Shown here in pieces: positions 26,801 through 36,109 of a stretch of DNA of 64,000 bases; position 1 is the first letter of the stretch, and every line of letters begins with the position of its first letter. The notes beneath the pieces were generated by a model, which had not been told where the DNA came from, did not search any database, and saw only the letters and a list, made by a program, of their open reading frames with translations. The translations under genes were made by a program, and so were the position numbers. The DNA is taken from assembly GCF_016717175.1 (NCBI RefSeq), contig NZ_JADKFZ010000004.1. One strand, written 5' to 3'. The stretch is from Nannocystis sp. (GTDB taxonomy: Bacteria > Myxococcota_A > Polyangia > Nannocystales > Nannocystaceae).

Positions 26801-27000
26801 TCCCCTTCCTCGACTACGGCGGCGCCTGGTCCGGGAGGCTCACCCGCGACCTGCTCAAGGTCGGCGCCGGCGCGTCGCTGGTGTTCTCGTTCCGCATCGG
26901 CTACCGCGAGACCATCGACCTGTTCCTGACCTACGCGCACGGCTTCGATCCCACGATCGGCGGCGATCTGCTGCGCGTGCTGGTCGCCCGCAGCTTTTAG
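23887..27000 (+). CDS. secreted/outer-membrane multidomain protein, paralog 1: HExxH metallopeptidase-like N-domain, PD40/TolB-like beta-propeller, C-terminal beta-barrel-like domain ending in Phe
   Basis: GTG 23887 gives a signal peptide (MRLARPTSPRRARPTPRWLWLCSALWLLLCCLSPGTAAA). Domains seen: LSHEYTHIVH...EGLATYEES (HExxH + E); PD40-like repeats (YSPRFSPDSRRVAFSAHRDGYRDIYIHD, PTWTPDGRYLLFASDRDDVFNIYAYD, DPVVSNDGQRLAYVGFSSTGYDLWVMKLD); and a C-terminal ~430 aa of alternating-hydrophobic strands ending ...LRVLVARSF. Confidence 0.8.
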   Translation: MRLARPTSPRRARPTPRWLWLCSALWLLLCCLSPGTAAANSRDLKWKTLTTEHFQIHYYAGAEAAADRAAMVLERAHARLSVGLGHSPRIRTHVVMTDATDSANGRATVFSFPRIDANVTAPDSLSVLESYDDWLDALLSHEYTHIVHNDTIHGLPRVLNTILGFGVIGRVWPPNGLQPRWVLEGLATYEESRLTSQGRHRSTQFDMMLRMAVLEQGFPTLDRISAPATIFPQTTTVYLYGLHLIHYLGTRYGHDKLRELSHRYGGRAIPYSLNRTVQEVYGVDFQQLWQDFQLDITRRFEAQARAIRGRGIREGRRLTFSTASEASSFSRHPTWSPDDQYLYFYEDDGHSNPGVRRIAARGGQIREGIGVGRQGMTRGIERVIEAQGSCTPNLVPGSGGDIVFEQGNLHDLRYSWNELFLWHPADPDAQAARQSPGELIQLTSGLRARDPHVSPDGRSVVFIRNDIAQSRLAFLDLPTREVRELAPAGRVEQLYSPRFSPDSRRVAFSAHRDGYRDIYIHDRDTGARERVTADRFLDMSPTWTPDGRYLLFASDRDDVFNIYAYDLEAGRVQQVTNVIGGAFDPVVSNDGQRLAYVGFSSTGYDLWVMKLDPAEFFTPLPISEDLPQADDPTPELPALHRRAPSLRARRYQPIRTFFPRVLLPASFDFGNSGQGVDLGLKLDIADVVGFHSLSASFRDYLRYREPVGAVSYSYSQLLPTFSLAFVRDLRVYDDRGVRYNYDHASRDGVFEPYLLTGYRERQTVVRASVSVPIVRHAIHSASAAATYEFSRLRDLNEDREAIDPNAPTSVPPAVGDVGSLSLSLRYDNLRSVTYGYASETGRHAAFNLSIVDRHLGGQYGDIKASASYGERIRMPWRGHQVLALRLGGGASAGGLGRLGAFRLYGTPLPNRVIQDFLLRSPFAEAGTLRGFVPAGTAGAYYLVLNVDYRIPLADVERGMGSLPLFMRRVTAIPFLDYGGAWSGRLTRDLLKVGAGASLVFSFRIGYRETIDLFLTYAHGFDPTIGGDLLRVLVARSF

Positions 27001-27105
27001 GCGCCCGCCGCAGGCCCAGGGCCGAGGAGCAGCGTGCGGCTGGCTGCCGGGGGCGACCCGCCGGGGCCGTACCGGGCCCGCCGGGCGTGTTAAGCTGGCG
27101 CCCGC

Positions 27106-30100
27106 GTGCCCGTCCTCCGCCTCGCACTCGCGTTCCTGGCGCTGCTGCTCGGGCTCGGGCTGGCGCCGCGCGAGGCGGCCGGCCAACAGCCGCGACCAGA
27201 AGTGGCGCACGCTGCAGACCGAGCACTTCTACATTCACTACTACCAGGGCAGCGAGGACGCGGCCTCACGCGCCGGGATGCTGCTCGAGCGGGCCCACGC
27301 GCGGCTCAGCGTCGGCCTCGGGCACGCGTCGTTCCTGCGCACCCACGTGACGCTCGTCGACAGCACGGACGAGGCCAACGGGGTCGCCAACGCGGTGCCG
27401 TTCCCGCGGATCAGCGCCAACATCACCGCGCCGAACTCGATGTCGGTGCTCGAGAGCTACGACGACTGGCTCGACATCCTCCTGACCCACGAGTACACGC
27501 ACGTGGTCCACCTGGACACGGTGCACGGCATCCCGCGCCTGGTGAACGCGGTGGTCGGCTTCGGCGTGCTCGGCAAGGTGTGGTCGCCGAACCTGATCCA
27601 GCCGCGCTGGATGGTCGAGGGCCTGGCCAGCTACGAGGAGTCGCACCTGACCGCGATGGGCCGCCACCGCTCGACGCAGTTCGACATGATGCTGCGCATG
27701 GCGGTGCTCGAGCACGGCTTCCTCCCGCTCGACCGCGTCTCGAGCGGGGCCAACGTGTTCCCGCACGGCACCTCGGCCTATCTCTACGGCCTGCACTTCA
27801 TGCACTACATCGCCGCCCGCTTCGGCGAGGACAAGCTGCGCGAGCTGAGCCACGTGTTCGGCGGCCAGGCGATCCCCTTCGCGATCAACCGCGCGATCGA
27901 GAAGGTGCTCGGCGTCGACTGGCATCAGCTGTGGCAGGAGTTCCAGCTCGACCTGACCCGCCGCTTCGAGGGCCAGGCCCGGGCGATCCGCGCCCGCGGC
28001 ATCCGCGAGGGCCGGCGCCTGACCTACCAGACCAGCAGCTCCGCCTCCGGCCAGTTCAACCGCCACCCCTTCTGGTCGGCCGACGACCAGCACGTCTACT
28101 TCTATCAGGACGACGGCCACAGCAACCCCGGCATCCGCCGCATCCGATCGACCGGTGGTCGCATCCGTGAGGGCATCGGCGTCGGCCGCCAGGGCATGAA
28201 CCTCGACATCGAGCGCGTGGTCGAGGTCCAGGACGCGGCCTCTGGATCGTTCATCCTCGGCACCCAGGAGATGGTCTACGAGGTCTCGCACCAGTACGAC
28301 TTCCGCTACTCGTGGAACGACCTGGTGCTGTGGCGGGGCGGCGACCGCAACAACGTCGAGTCGCTCACCCGCGGCGCCCGCAGCCGCGACCCGCACGTCG
28401 CTCCGGACGGCCGCACGGTCGTGTTCTCGCGCAACGACGCGGCCCAGTCGCGGCTCGCCTTCCTCGACCTGAACACGCGGGTGATCAGCGAGGTCACGCT
28501 GGGCGACGATCGCATCGCCCAGGTGTTCTCGCCGCGCTGGGCCCCCGACAGCCGGCGCGTCGCCTTCTCCGGCTGGCGCGAGGGCGGCTATCGCGACATC
28601 TACGTCTACGACCGCGAGTCGCAGCAGACCACGCGGATCACCGCTGACCGCTTCCTCGACACCGAGCCCTGCTGGACCCCGGACGGCGCGTACATCCTGT
28701 TCGCCAGCGATCGCGACGACGTGTTCAACATCTACGCCTACGAGGTGGAGAGCGCGCGGGTGCAGCAGGTCACCAACGTGATCGGCGGCGCCTTCGAGCC
28801 GGTGGTCAGCAACGACGGCCAGCGCGTGGTGTACATCGGCTTCTCCGCGCAGGGCTACGACCTGTGGGTGATGAAGCTCGACCCGGCCGAGTTCTTCGCG
28901 CCGCTGCCGGTGACCGACGACTTGCCGGCCATCGACGATCCGACGCCAGCGCTGACGCCCGGCCAGGAGCGGCCGCTGTCGCCGCGGAGCCGGCGCTACC
29001 AGCCGATCCGCACCATGTTCCCGCGGACCCTGCTGCCGGCCGTGGCCGACATCAGCTCGTCGCTGTTCGGCACCGAGATCGGCGCGACCTTTCAGGTCAC
29101 GGACGTGCTCGGCTTCCACGCCCTCACCGCGCGCGGCGGCTACACGACGGCCTTCCACGCGCCGGTCGGGTCGGTGGCCTACAACTACAGCCAGCTGCTG
29201 CCGAGCTTCGGCGTCGGCTTCGGCCGCGCCTTCGCCCAGCGCAACGGCTTCCAGCGCTACAACTACGACAGCCCCGAGGGCGAGTCCGGCTACCGGGTGA
29301 GCGGCTACCGCGAGCAGGTGACGCGCTTCAACGCCAGCATGAGCGTGCCGGTGATCCGCCACCCGATCCATAACGCGAGCGCGCGGGTCGAGTACAACTA
29401 CAGCCACTTCAAGAACCTCGACGCCGCCGATCCGGTCGACCCCAACGCGCCGGCCTCCCAGCAGCCCGAGGTCGGCGGCCTCGGTCAGGTCGACCTCGCG
29501 TTCAACTACGACAACCTGCGCACGGTGAAGTTCGGCTACGGCAGCGAGACGGGCCGCTCCGCCGGCGCGCGCCTGTCGATCGTCGACCAGCACCTGGGCG
29601 GCCGCTTCGGCGACCTGCAGGTCAGCGGCAGCTACGCGGAGGTCATCCGCATGCCGTGGCGCGGGCACCAGAACCTCGCGCTGCGGATCGTCGGCGGGGC
29701 CTCGGCGGGCGGTCTGGCTCGCCGCGGGGCCTACTACGTCGGCGGCTACTCGCAGCAGGAGGACGTGATCCGCACGCTGCTGGTGCGCGACCCTTACAGC
29801 GAGGCGGGCGTGCTGCGCGGCTTCCAGCCCGGCGCCTTCGCGGGCCGCTACTACGCCGTCCTGAACGGCGAGTACCGCATCCCGATCGCCGACGTCGAGC
29901 GCGGCGTCGGCACGCTGCCGCTGTTCATGCGCCGCATCACCGCGATCCCCTTCGCCGACCTCGGCGGGGCGTGGAGCGATCGCTTCACCCGTCAGGCGCT
30001 CAAGTGGGGCGTGGGCGCGTCGCTCGTGCTGTCGTTCAAGGTCGGCTACCTCGACAGCATCGACCTGTTCCTGCAGTACGCCCACGGCTTCGACACCAAG

Positions 30101-30145
30101 TACGGCCTCGACACCTTCCGGGCGATGGTCGCGCGCAGCTTCTAG
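27106..30145 (+). CDS. paralog 2 of the peptidase / beta-propeller / beta-barrel protein; signal peptide is out of frame with the body (1-nt indel near 27180)
   Basis: The signal peptide (MPVLRLALAFLALLLGLGLAP) is in the frame of ORF 27106, and the mature protein is in the frame of ORF 27278. Removing one G from gcggccGgccaacagc restores AAANSRDQKW in frame, as in paralog 1 (AAANSRDLKW). About 65% identical to paralog 1 over its full length, with HEYTHVVH...EGLASYEES. Confidence 0.75.
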
Positions 30146-30234
30146 CGCGGCCGCGACGCGCCTCATGAGGCGCCGGCGCTGCCTTGCCGGATCGGCGATC
30201 TGGCGCACGCTTGTGGGTCGGAAGAGAGGTACCC

Positions 30235-30702
30235 ATGACCAGCACCACTCCGATGCCTGCCGCCGCCGACTTCATGAGCCGTACGGTTCACACGCTGCGG
30301 CCCGAGGCCGAGATCAGCGACGCCGTCGGCGTGCTGACCCGCTACCTTTGTTCTGGCGCCCCGGTGCTCGACGCAGAGGGCGGCATCCTCGGCGTGCTCA
30401 CCCACGAGGGCTGCATGCAGGCCCTGTCCGGCGCGGTGTTCAACGGCGAGGAGCCTGGCCGCGTCGCCGATCACATGGCCCGCGAATTTGCGGTCGTCGA
30501 GCCCACGGCCGACCTGTTCCGTGTGGTCTCGATGTTCAGCAACCAATGCGGGCGGCGCGTGCTGGTCATCGACGGCGGGCGCGTCGTCGGCATCGTGACC
30601 CGCTCCGACACCTTGCGCGCGCTTCATCAGCTGCGCCAGCCTCGCACCAGCGACATCACGATCGAGTCGGTGGCGCTCGGCTGGTCCGCGCTTACGCCCT
30701 GA
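30235..30702 (+). CDS. CBS-domain pair protein
   Basis: ATG at 30235 is preceded by an agagagg SD-like sequence. Two CBS motifs are present (SRTVHTLRPEAEISDAVGVL... and VIDGGRVVGIVTRSDTLRAL). Confidence 0.7.
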   Translation: MTSTTPMPAAADFMSRTVHTLRPEAEISDAVGVLTRYLCSGAPVLDAEGGILGVLTHEGCMQALSGAVFNGEEPGRVADHMAREFAVVEPTADLFRVVSMFSNQCGRRVLVIDGGRVVGIVTRSDTLRALHQLRQPRTSDITIESVALGWSALTP

Positions 30703-30726
30703 TCGCCCAGTATCGCGTGGCCGACG

Positions 30727-30755
30727 CACGAACACCCCGCGCCAGAGACCTGGGC
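30727..30755. terminator. putative bidirectional terminator hairpin between convergent genes
   Basis: CACCCCGC-N13-GCGGGGTG is a perfect 8-bp stem, located between the CBS gene stop (30702) and the vWA lipoprotein stop (30808). There is no U-tract, which is usual in high-GC genomes. Confidence 0.4.
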
Positions 30756-30807
30756 GGGGTGCCGAACGGGGAGCGCCCCCGGGGAGTATGCGAGCGACCG
30801 GCGGCGA

Positions 30808-32127
30808 TCAGCCGGCGCTGCAGTAGAACTCGACGTCCGCGGCCTTCTCCATCTTGAGCTTGTCGCACGCGGTGCCGCACAGGCGGATGCCGGTGTAGAG
30901 GCCCATGCCGTCGTCCTCGTAGACCCAGCCGTTCTCGGTGTTGCAGTCCATGACGTGGGGGATCTCCATCATGGCGATCTTCACCTTGGTCTCGTCGGGG
31001 AAGCCCGGCTGCGACTCGAGCGGGATGAAGCACGACAGGGCGTCGGCCGCGATCGCGTCGAGGGCGGCCTTGAGCTGGATCTGGTTGACCGCGTTGTAGA
31101 ACTTCTCGTTCGGGTCGTCCTTGGGCTTGCCGCCGTCGACCGCGAGCTCATTGAGCTTCTGGTAGGTGTTGGTGGCGTTGGGGTTGCCGTCCTGGGCGTT
31201 GTCGCTGACGACGTCCTTGGTGTCGATGCCGACGACGTAGGTCGCGATGTTGTCGTTGGCCAGGGCGTTCTGGACGATGGTGTGCAGGTTCTGGTCGTAG
31301 CTCTCGAACAGCGGCGGGGGCTGGGCCCCCATCGCGCAGTTGGCCGCGCCGTCGGTGACGAGCAAGATCGCGGCGGGCACCTGCGGGTCGAGGGTCTTGA
31401 GGTGGTTGAGCGCCGCGGTGATGCCGGCGGCGGTCGGCGTGCCGCCCTTGAGCAAGGTGTCGCCGGCCTGCGGGATGCCGTTGAGGATCGCGTCCTTGTT
31501 CTTCGCCGCGACCGGGATCTCGACGTTGGCGTTGACGACGCAGGCGGAGGCGTCGTACTTCTGCTGGGCGGCGGTCGACGGGAACAGGTTGGCGCCGAAG
31601 TTGATCGAGTCGTTGTAGTCGGTGACGACCAGCTGAACGACCTGGTAGAGGCTGTTCCAGCGGGTGATCTTCGGCGTGTTGGGATCGGCGTCGTGGTCCC
31701 ATAGACCGGCCGGGTTGGCGACCATCGAGCCGGACTTGTCGAGCACGAGCATGATGTTCGGCGGGATCGGCATGAGCGTGGCCTTGATCTCCTCGCAGGG
31801 CGGACCCCCGGTGCTCGAGCCGCTCGGGTCGGTGGTGGCGTTGGTCGGGTCGGTGGTGCTGCCGACCGGGTTCGTCGTGCTCGCGTCGGTGGTGGGCGTG
31901 TCGGTGGTGGCCGTGTCGGTGGCGCCGCCGCTGCCGCCGGTCGCGTCGGTGGCGCTGCCAGTGGGGGCGGCCTCGGTCGTGTCCCCGGTGGTCAGGGGCA
32001 CCGTGGTCAGCGAGGTCGCGGTCTGGGTGGTCGTCTGGGACTCGGTGCCGGACCCATTGTCGCCGCACGCCAGGGTTAGAAGAGAGGTCGCAAGGATCAG
32101 GGAAACCGACGCGATTCGCATGGCCAT
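30808..32127 (-). CDS. lipoprotein with a von Willebrand factor A (vWA) domain and a Cys-rich C-terminal domain
   Basis: Lipoprotein signal (MAMRIASVSLILATSLLTLACGDNG). After a Thr/Ser-rich linker comes the MIDAS motif (IMLVLDKSGSM). The C-terminal Cys-rich segment is NGWVYEDDGMGLYTGIRLCGTACDKLK...EFYC. The 5' end is AT-richer than the surrounding DNA. Confidence 0.8.
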   Translation of the reverse strand: MAMRIASVSLILATSLLTLACGDNGSGTESQTTTQTATSLTTVPLTTGDTTEAAPTGSATDATGGSGGATDTATTDTPTTDASTTNPVGSTTDPTNATTDPSGSSTGGPPCEEIKATLMPIPPNIMLVLDKSGSMVANPAGLWDHDADPNTPKITRWNSLYQVVQLVVTDYNDSINFGANLFPSTAAQQKYDASACVVNANVEIPVAAKNKDAILNGIPQAGDTLLKGGTPTAAGITAALNHLKTLDPQVPAAILLVTDGAANCAMGAQPPPLFESYDQNLHTIVQNALANDNIATYVVGIDTKDVVSDNAQDGNPNATNTYQKLNELAVDGGKPKDDPNEKFYNAVNQIQLKAALDAIAADALSCFIPLESQPGFPDETKVKIAMMEIPHVMDCNTENGWVYEDDGMGLYTGIRLCGTACDKLKMEKAADVEFYCSAG

Positions 32128-32269
32128 ACTCCGTAAAGCTCGTGTCTGTAGAACCCCGCGACTATACAGCACCGCTATCGCCGCGGCGGGCCAAAGTTCG
32201 GCCCCAGAACGCCGCTGTGCGGGGTCGCTGTGGCCGCCGCTGCGGCCCTCGCATCGCGGTGACGGGACT

Positions 32270-32725
32270 TCAGCTCGGTGCGGCCGAGGTGTGATCGTGG
32301 ACGATGCGCCAGCCCGCGTCGGTGCGCAATAATGCCAGGCTGAAGACCCCTCCACGGGTCTCGTGCGAGGGCTCGAGTGTGAGGCGCCAGCGGCCGAGGA
32401 CGACGGCGCCGCCCGGGCCGAGGGCGCGGACGTCGAGGATCGCGAACTCGAGCCGGCCCATCGTCTGTCGGTCCGCGCCGTAGCGGGCCTGGTAGCGGGC
32501 CCGCGTCTCGGCGAGGCCGCGACGGATCTGGCCGCCCGAGGTGAACACGAGATCGGGGCCCGGATCGTAGCCGCGCAAGAAGCCCTCGAGATCGCCGCGG
32601 TTCCACGCGTCCTGCTGCGCGCGCAACAACTCGAGGATCGCGGCCCGGTCGCGTTGCCAGTCGGACCCTCGCGTGGCGTGGGCGCAGGCCAGGCCTGCGG
32701 CGAGCACGAACGCGAGGCCTCGCAT
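32270..32725 (-). CDS. secreted SnoaL-like / DUF4440-like (NTF2-fold) protein
   Basis: Signal peptide (MRGLAFVLAAGLACAHA), followed by ILELLRAQQDAWNRGDLEGFLRGYDPGPDLVFTSGG..., which is typical of the NTF2-like fold. Confidence 0.6.
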   Translation of the reverse strand: MRGLAFVLAAGLACAHATRGSDWQRDRAAILELLRAQQDAWNRGDLEGFLRGYDPGPDLVFTSGGQIRRGLAETRARYQARYGADRQTMGRLEFAILDVRALGPGGAVVLGRWRLTLEPSHETRGGVFSLALLRTDAGWRIVHDHTSAAPS

Positions 32726-32847
32726 GGCCGGGGAGGATACCGCCTGGGCGGCCGAATGCCGGGGTCTGTGCCGAGGTGTGCTGCATGTCACACGCGCGGA
32801 GACAGGCTGCGGGGGCCCTCCTACCCTGGTATAGCTAGGTCCCCGCG

Positions 32848-35532
32848 ATGGCTGTGCCGCTCGCTACACGGATCCTCTCTCGCATCGTCGCGGTGCCGCT
32901 GCAGCGGCCCCTGTTGGTGCTCACGGTTTCGGGCGTGCTGGTCGCTGTCGCGGCTTACATCGCCTCGGGGCTCGGGGTCAGCACCTCGCGCTTCGGGCTG
33001 GTGTCGGCCGAGAACCCGGACCAGGCGCGGATGCTCCGCTTCTATGAGCGCTTCGGCAATCCGGACGCGCCGGTGCTGTTGATCTCGGGCGGCACGCCGG
33101 AGCAGCGGCAGGCGCTGATCGATCCGCTGACGACGCGGCTCGAGCAAGATCCCGGGCTCGCGGGTCGCGTGCTCGCGCGGGTCGGCCCGGAGGAGGTCGC
33201 CGAGGTGCTGATGTTGCAGCAGCCCGAGGCGCTGGCCGAGGTGGCAGCGGGTCTGCCAAAGGGTCTGCCGCTCGCCGATCTGATCGAGGGTGGCGCGCCG
33301 GCGTGGTTCGGGGCGATCGAGCAGCAGATCCAGGCCGGGCTCGACGGCAGCGCGCCGGCGCAGGCGCCCGCGAAGGTGGCCGAGGGCCTGCGCGGGCTGG
33401 CGAGCATGGCGAGCAGCTTCGACGCCTATCTCGCTGGCGAGGACGTCATGGCTCGCCTCGCGGGCCAGGCCCCGGCGGTGCGCGGCCGGGACGCGCGCGG
33501 CTACCTGACCACCGTCGACGGCGAGCACCACGTCGTCACCATGTTCCCGCGCTTCGCCGGCGACGAGGTCTCGGACGTGGCGCCGACGGTGCAGCGCATC
33601 GAGGCGATCAAGACCGAGGTGTTGGCGGATGCGCCGGCGGGCGTGACGATCAAGCTCACGGGTCTGCCGGCGATGATCGTCGACGAGCAGAAGATGCTGC
33701 AGCGGGGCATGCTCAAGTCGAGCGTCGCGTCGGCGCTGGCGATCGTGCTGCTGTGCCTGGTGATGCTGCGCTCGCTGCGGCAGATGTTCATCTCGCAGGT
33801 GCCGCTGATCTACGGCGTGGCGTTGACGCTGGCCTACGTGCGCCTGGCGTACAGCAACCTGAACCTGATCACCTCGAGCTTCGTCGCGGTGCTGCTCGGG
33901 CTCGGCATCGACTTCGCGGTCCACGTGATCTACCGCTTCAACGAGGAGCGCCGGGCCGGGGCCGACAATCGCGCGGCGATCGAGGCCTCGGTGGTCCAGA
34001 CCGGACCGGCGATCGTGGTCGGCGCGCTGGTCACCGCGGTCGCGTTCCTGTCGACGCTGCTCACCGAATTCACCGCCTACGCGGAGCTCGGCCTCATCAC
34101 CGTGATCGGCCTGGTGTGCATGGTCCTGACCTCGCTGCTGGTGCTGCCGGCGCTGCTGCTGCGCCGCGCCGGTATGGGCGTCGCCAAGGTGCAGAAGGAG
34201 CCGCCGGGCTTCGCGGCGCTGACCCGCTTCATCGCCAGGTTCCGCGTGCCGCTGCTCCTGCTCGGCCTGGCCGGCGGGGTCGCGGGGGCGATCGGGCTGC
34301 CGCGGATCGGCTTCAACTCGCGCTACTTCGACTTCCTGCCGCCGGGCACCGAGAGCGCCCAGGCGATCGACGTGCTCGAGCACGACCCGCTGATGAGCCC
34401 GGTCTACGCCGAAGTGACGGCGCCCGACGTCGCCACGGCGCAGGCGATGGCGACCCGGCTGCGGGCCCTGCCGGAGGTCGGCGGCGTGCAGACGGCGAGC
34501 GACCTGCTGCCGGTGCTCGACGAGGCCCGACTCAAGGCCCTGCGCGGCGGCCTCGCGGCGCTCGACCGGGCGCCCGACTTCGCCAAGCTGGCGGCCGTAC
34601 GGACCACGCCGGAGCAGCTCGCGCCGAAGGTCGGCGCCATCGTCGACGCGCTCGACGAGGTCCGCTTCGGGGTCGACCAGGCTGGGCAGCCGACCGCCGA
34701 CGTCGACGCCGCGATCGCGGCGTTCCGCGGGCTCAAGCAGCGGCTCACGTCGCTCGACGAGGCCGGCAAGCAGCGGCTCGCCGACGTCGGTCCGCGGCTC
34801 GCCGGGCCGCTCGGACGGGCGGTGACGACGGCCCGCGCGGTCGCCGAGCGCGGCAGCTACGCCGCCTCGGACCTGCCGCTGCTGTTCCGCGAGCGCTTCG
34901 TCGCCCGCGACGGCTCGGCGCTGGCGCTCTACGTGATCCCGTCGGGCTCGGCCTGGGACGGCGCGAACGGCCGGGCCTTCCACGCGGCGGTCGCCGCCGT
35001 GGACCCCGACGTGTCGGGCCTGGCGATCAACATCAACTTGCACGAGACGATGATCGTCACCGGCTTCCGCCAGGCGGCCGGACTGTCGGCGGTGCTCATC
35101 TTCCTCATCGTCGTGGTCCAGCTCCGCGGCCTGCGCGACGCGGCGCTGGCCCTGATGCCGACCGCGCTCGGCTGGCTGTGGATGCTCGGCGTGATGGCGG
35201 CGATCGGGCTCAACTTCAACGTCGCCAACATCGTCGCGCTGCCGCTGGTGATCGGCATCGGCACGGCCTTCGGCGTGCACCTGATGAACCGCGCGCAGGG
35301 CAGCGCCGCGGCCCACGGGGTCGCTCGCCTCGAGGATCTGATCCGCGGGACCGGCGGGGCCGTGGTGCTCTCGGCGCTGACGACGATCGCCAGCTTCGCC
35401 GCGCTGATGCTCGGCGACTACGGCGGGCAGAGCCTGTTCGGCCTGACGATGGTCATCGGCATCAGCGCCTGCCTGCTCGCCAGCCTCATCGTCCTGCCGG
35501 CCCTGCTCGCGGTGCTCGGGCGCGCGAAGTGA
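32848..35532 (+). CDS. RND-superfamily MMPL-type exporter (HpnN-like)
   Basis: 894 aa with two ~6-TM blocks, each following a large periplasmic loop. The MMPL signature region is GLGIDFAVHVIYRFNEERRAG, and a second is GIGTAFGVHLMNRAQ. Confidence 0.85.
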   Translation: MAVPLATRILSRIVAVPLQRPLLVLTVSGVLVAVAAYIASGLGVSTSRFGLVSAENPDQARMLRFYERFGNPDAPVLLISGGTPEQRQALIDPLTTRLEQDPGLAGRVLARVGPEEVAEVLMLQQPEALAEVAAGLPKGLPLADLIEGGAPAWFGAIEQQIQAGLDGSAPAQAPAKVAEGLRGLASMASSFDAYLAGEDVMARLAGQAPAVRGRDARGYLTTVDGEHHVVTMFPRFAGDEVSDVAPTVQRIEAIKTEVLADAPAGVTIKLTGLPAMIVDEQKMLQRGMLKSSVASALAIVLLCLVMLRSLRQMFISQVPLIYGVALTLAYVRLAYSNLNLITSSFVAVLLGLGIDFAVHVIYRFNEERRAGADNRAAIEASVVQTGPAIVVGALVTAVAFLSTLLTEFTAYAELGLITVIGLVCMVLTSLLVLPALLLRRAGMGVAKVQKEPPGFAALTRFIARFRVPLLLLGLAGGVAGAIGLPRIGFNSRYFDFLPPGTESAQAIDVLEHDPLMSPVYAEVTAPDVATAQAMATRLRALPEVGGVQTASDLLPVLDEARLKALRGGLAALDRAPDFAKLAAVRTTPEQLAPKVGAIVDALDEVRFGVDQAGQPTADVDAAIAAFRGLKQRLTSLDEAGKQRLADVGPRLAGPLGRAVTTARAVAERGSYAASDLPLLFRERFVARDGSALALYVIPSGSAWDGANGRAFHAAVAAVDPDVSGLAININLHETMIVTGFRQAAGLSAVLIFLIVVVQLRGLRDAALALMPTALGWLWMLGVMAAIGLNFNVANIVALPLVIGIGTAFGVHLMNRAQGSAAAHGVARLEDLIRGTGGAVVLSALTTIASFAALMLGDYGGQSLFGLTMVIGISACLLASLIVLPALLAVLGRAK

Positions 35533-35539
35533 GGCGGGC

Positions 35540-36043
35540 TCAGGCGCCCAGCAGCTCGCGCGTGGCCGCGATGATGCGATCGATGCTGCCGGCGAGGGTG
35601 TGACCGTCGTCGACGAGCTCGAGGCGGACCTCGGGGTACTCGGCGGCGAAGTCCTCGCTGACCCGCGCCGGCACGACCTCGTCGCCGCGCCCGTGGATGA
35701 TGATCGTCGGCGCCGGCGGGTAGAGGCGCATGCGGTCGGCCGGCGGCTCGAAGCGCAGCAGCGCCGGGGCGCACAGCAAGAGGCCGCGGACCCGCCCGCC
35801 GGCCTCGACGTGCTGGATCGCGGCGCACAGCGCCGCGATCCCGCCGTAGCTCGAGCCGACCACGACGGCGTCGTCGTGGGCGCGCAGCACCGGAAGCAGG
35901 GTGGCGACCCGGGCCGCGAGGTCCTGGCCCTGACAGTCCGGTGAGATCGGGGCGAGGCCGGCGGCGAGCAGGGCCTGGTACTTGCGCCCGTGCGGGCTGC
36001 TCTCGAGTCCGTGGCAGAAAATGACAGGCACCTGGACAGGCAT
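35540..36043 (-). CDS. small alpha/beta hydrolase (YqiA-like esterase)
   Basis: It occupies only the 3' end of the long ORF 35540..38347. MPVQVPVIFCHGLESSPHGRKYQ..., nucleophile GSSYGG, and IIIHGRGDEVVP. The exact start is within 1 nt of 36043. Confidence 0.65.
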   Translation of the reverse strand: MPVQVPVIFCHGLESSPHGRKYQALLAAGLAPISPDCQGQDLAARVATLLPVLRAHDDAVVVGSSYGGIAALCAAIQHVEAGGRVRGLLLCAPALLRFEPPADRMRLYPPAPTIIIHGRGDEVVPARVSEDFAAEYPEVRLELVDDGHTLAGSIDRIIAATRELLGA

Positions 36044-36109
36044 GCGCGCCCCAGTGTGCCGGAGTTCGGGCGCGCCGGGTGCTGACCCGCGGGCGCCGGA
36101 CTTGTTACT

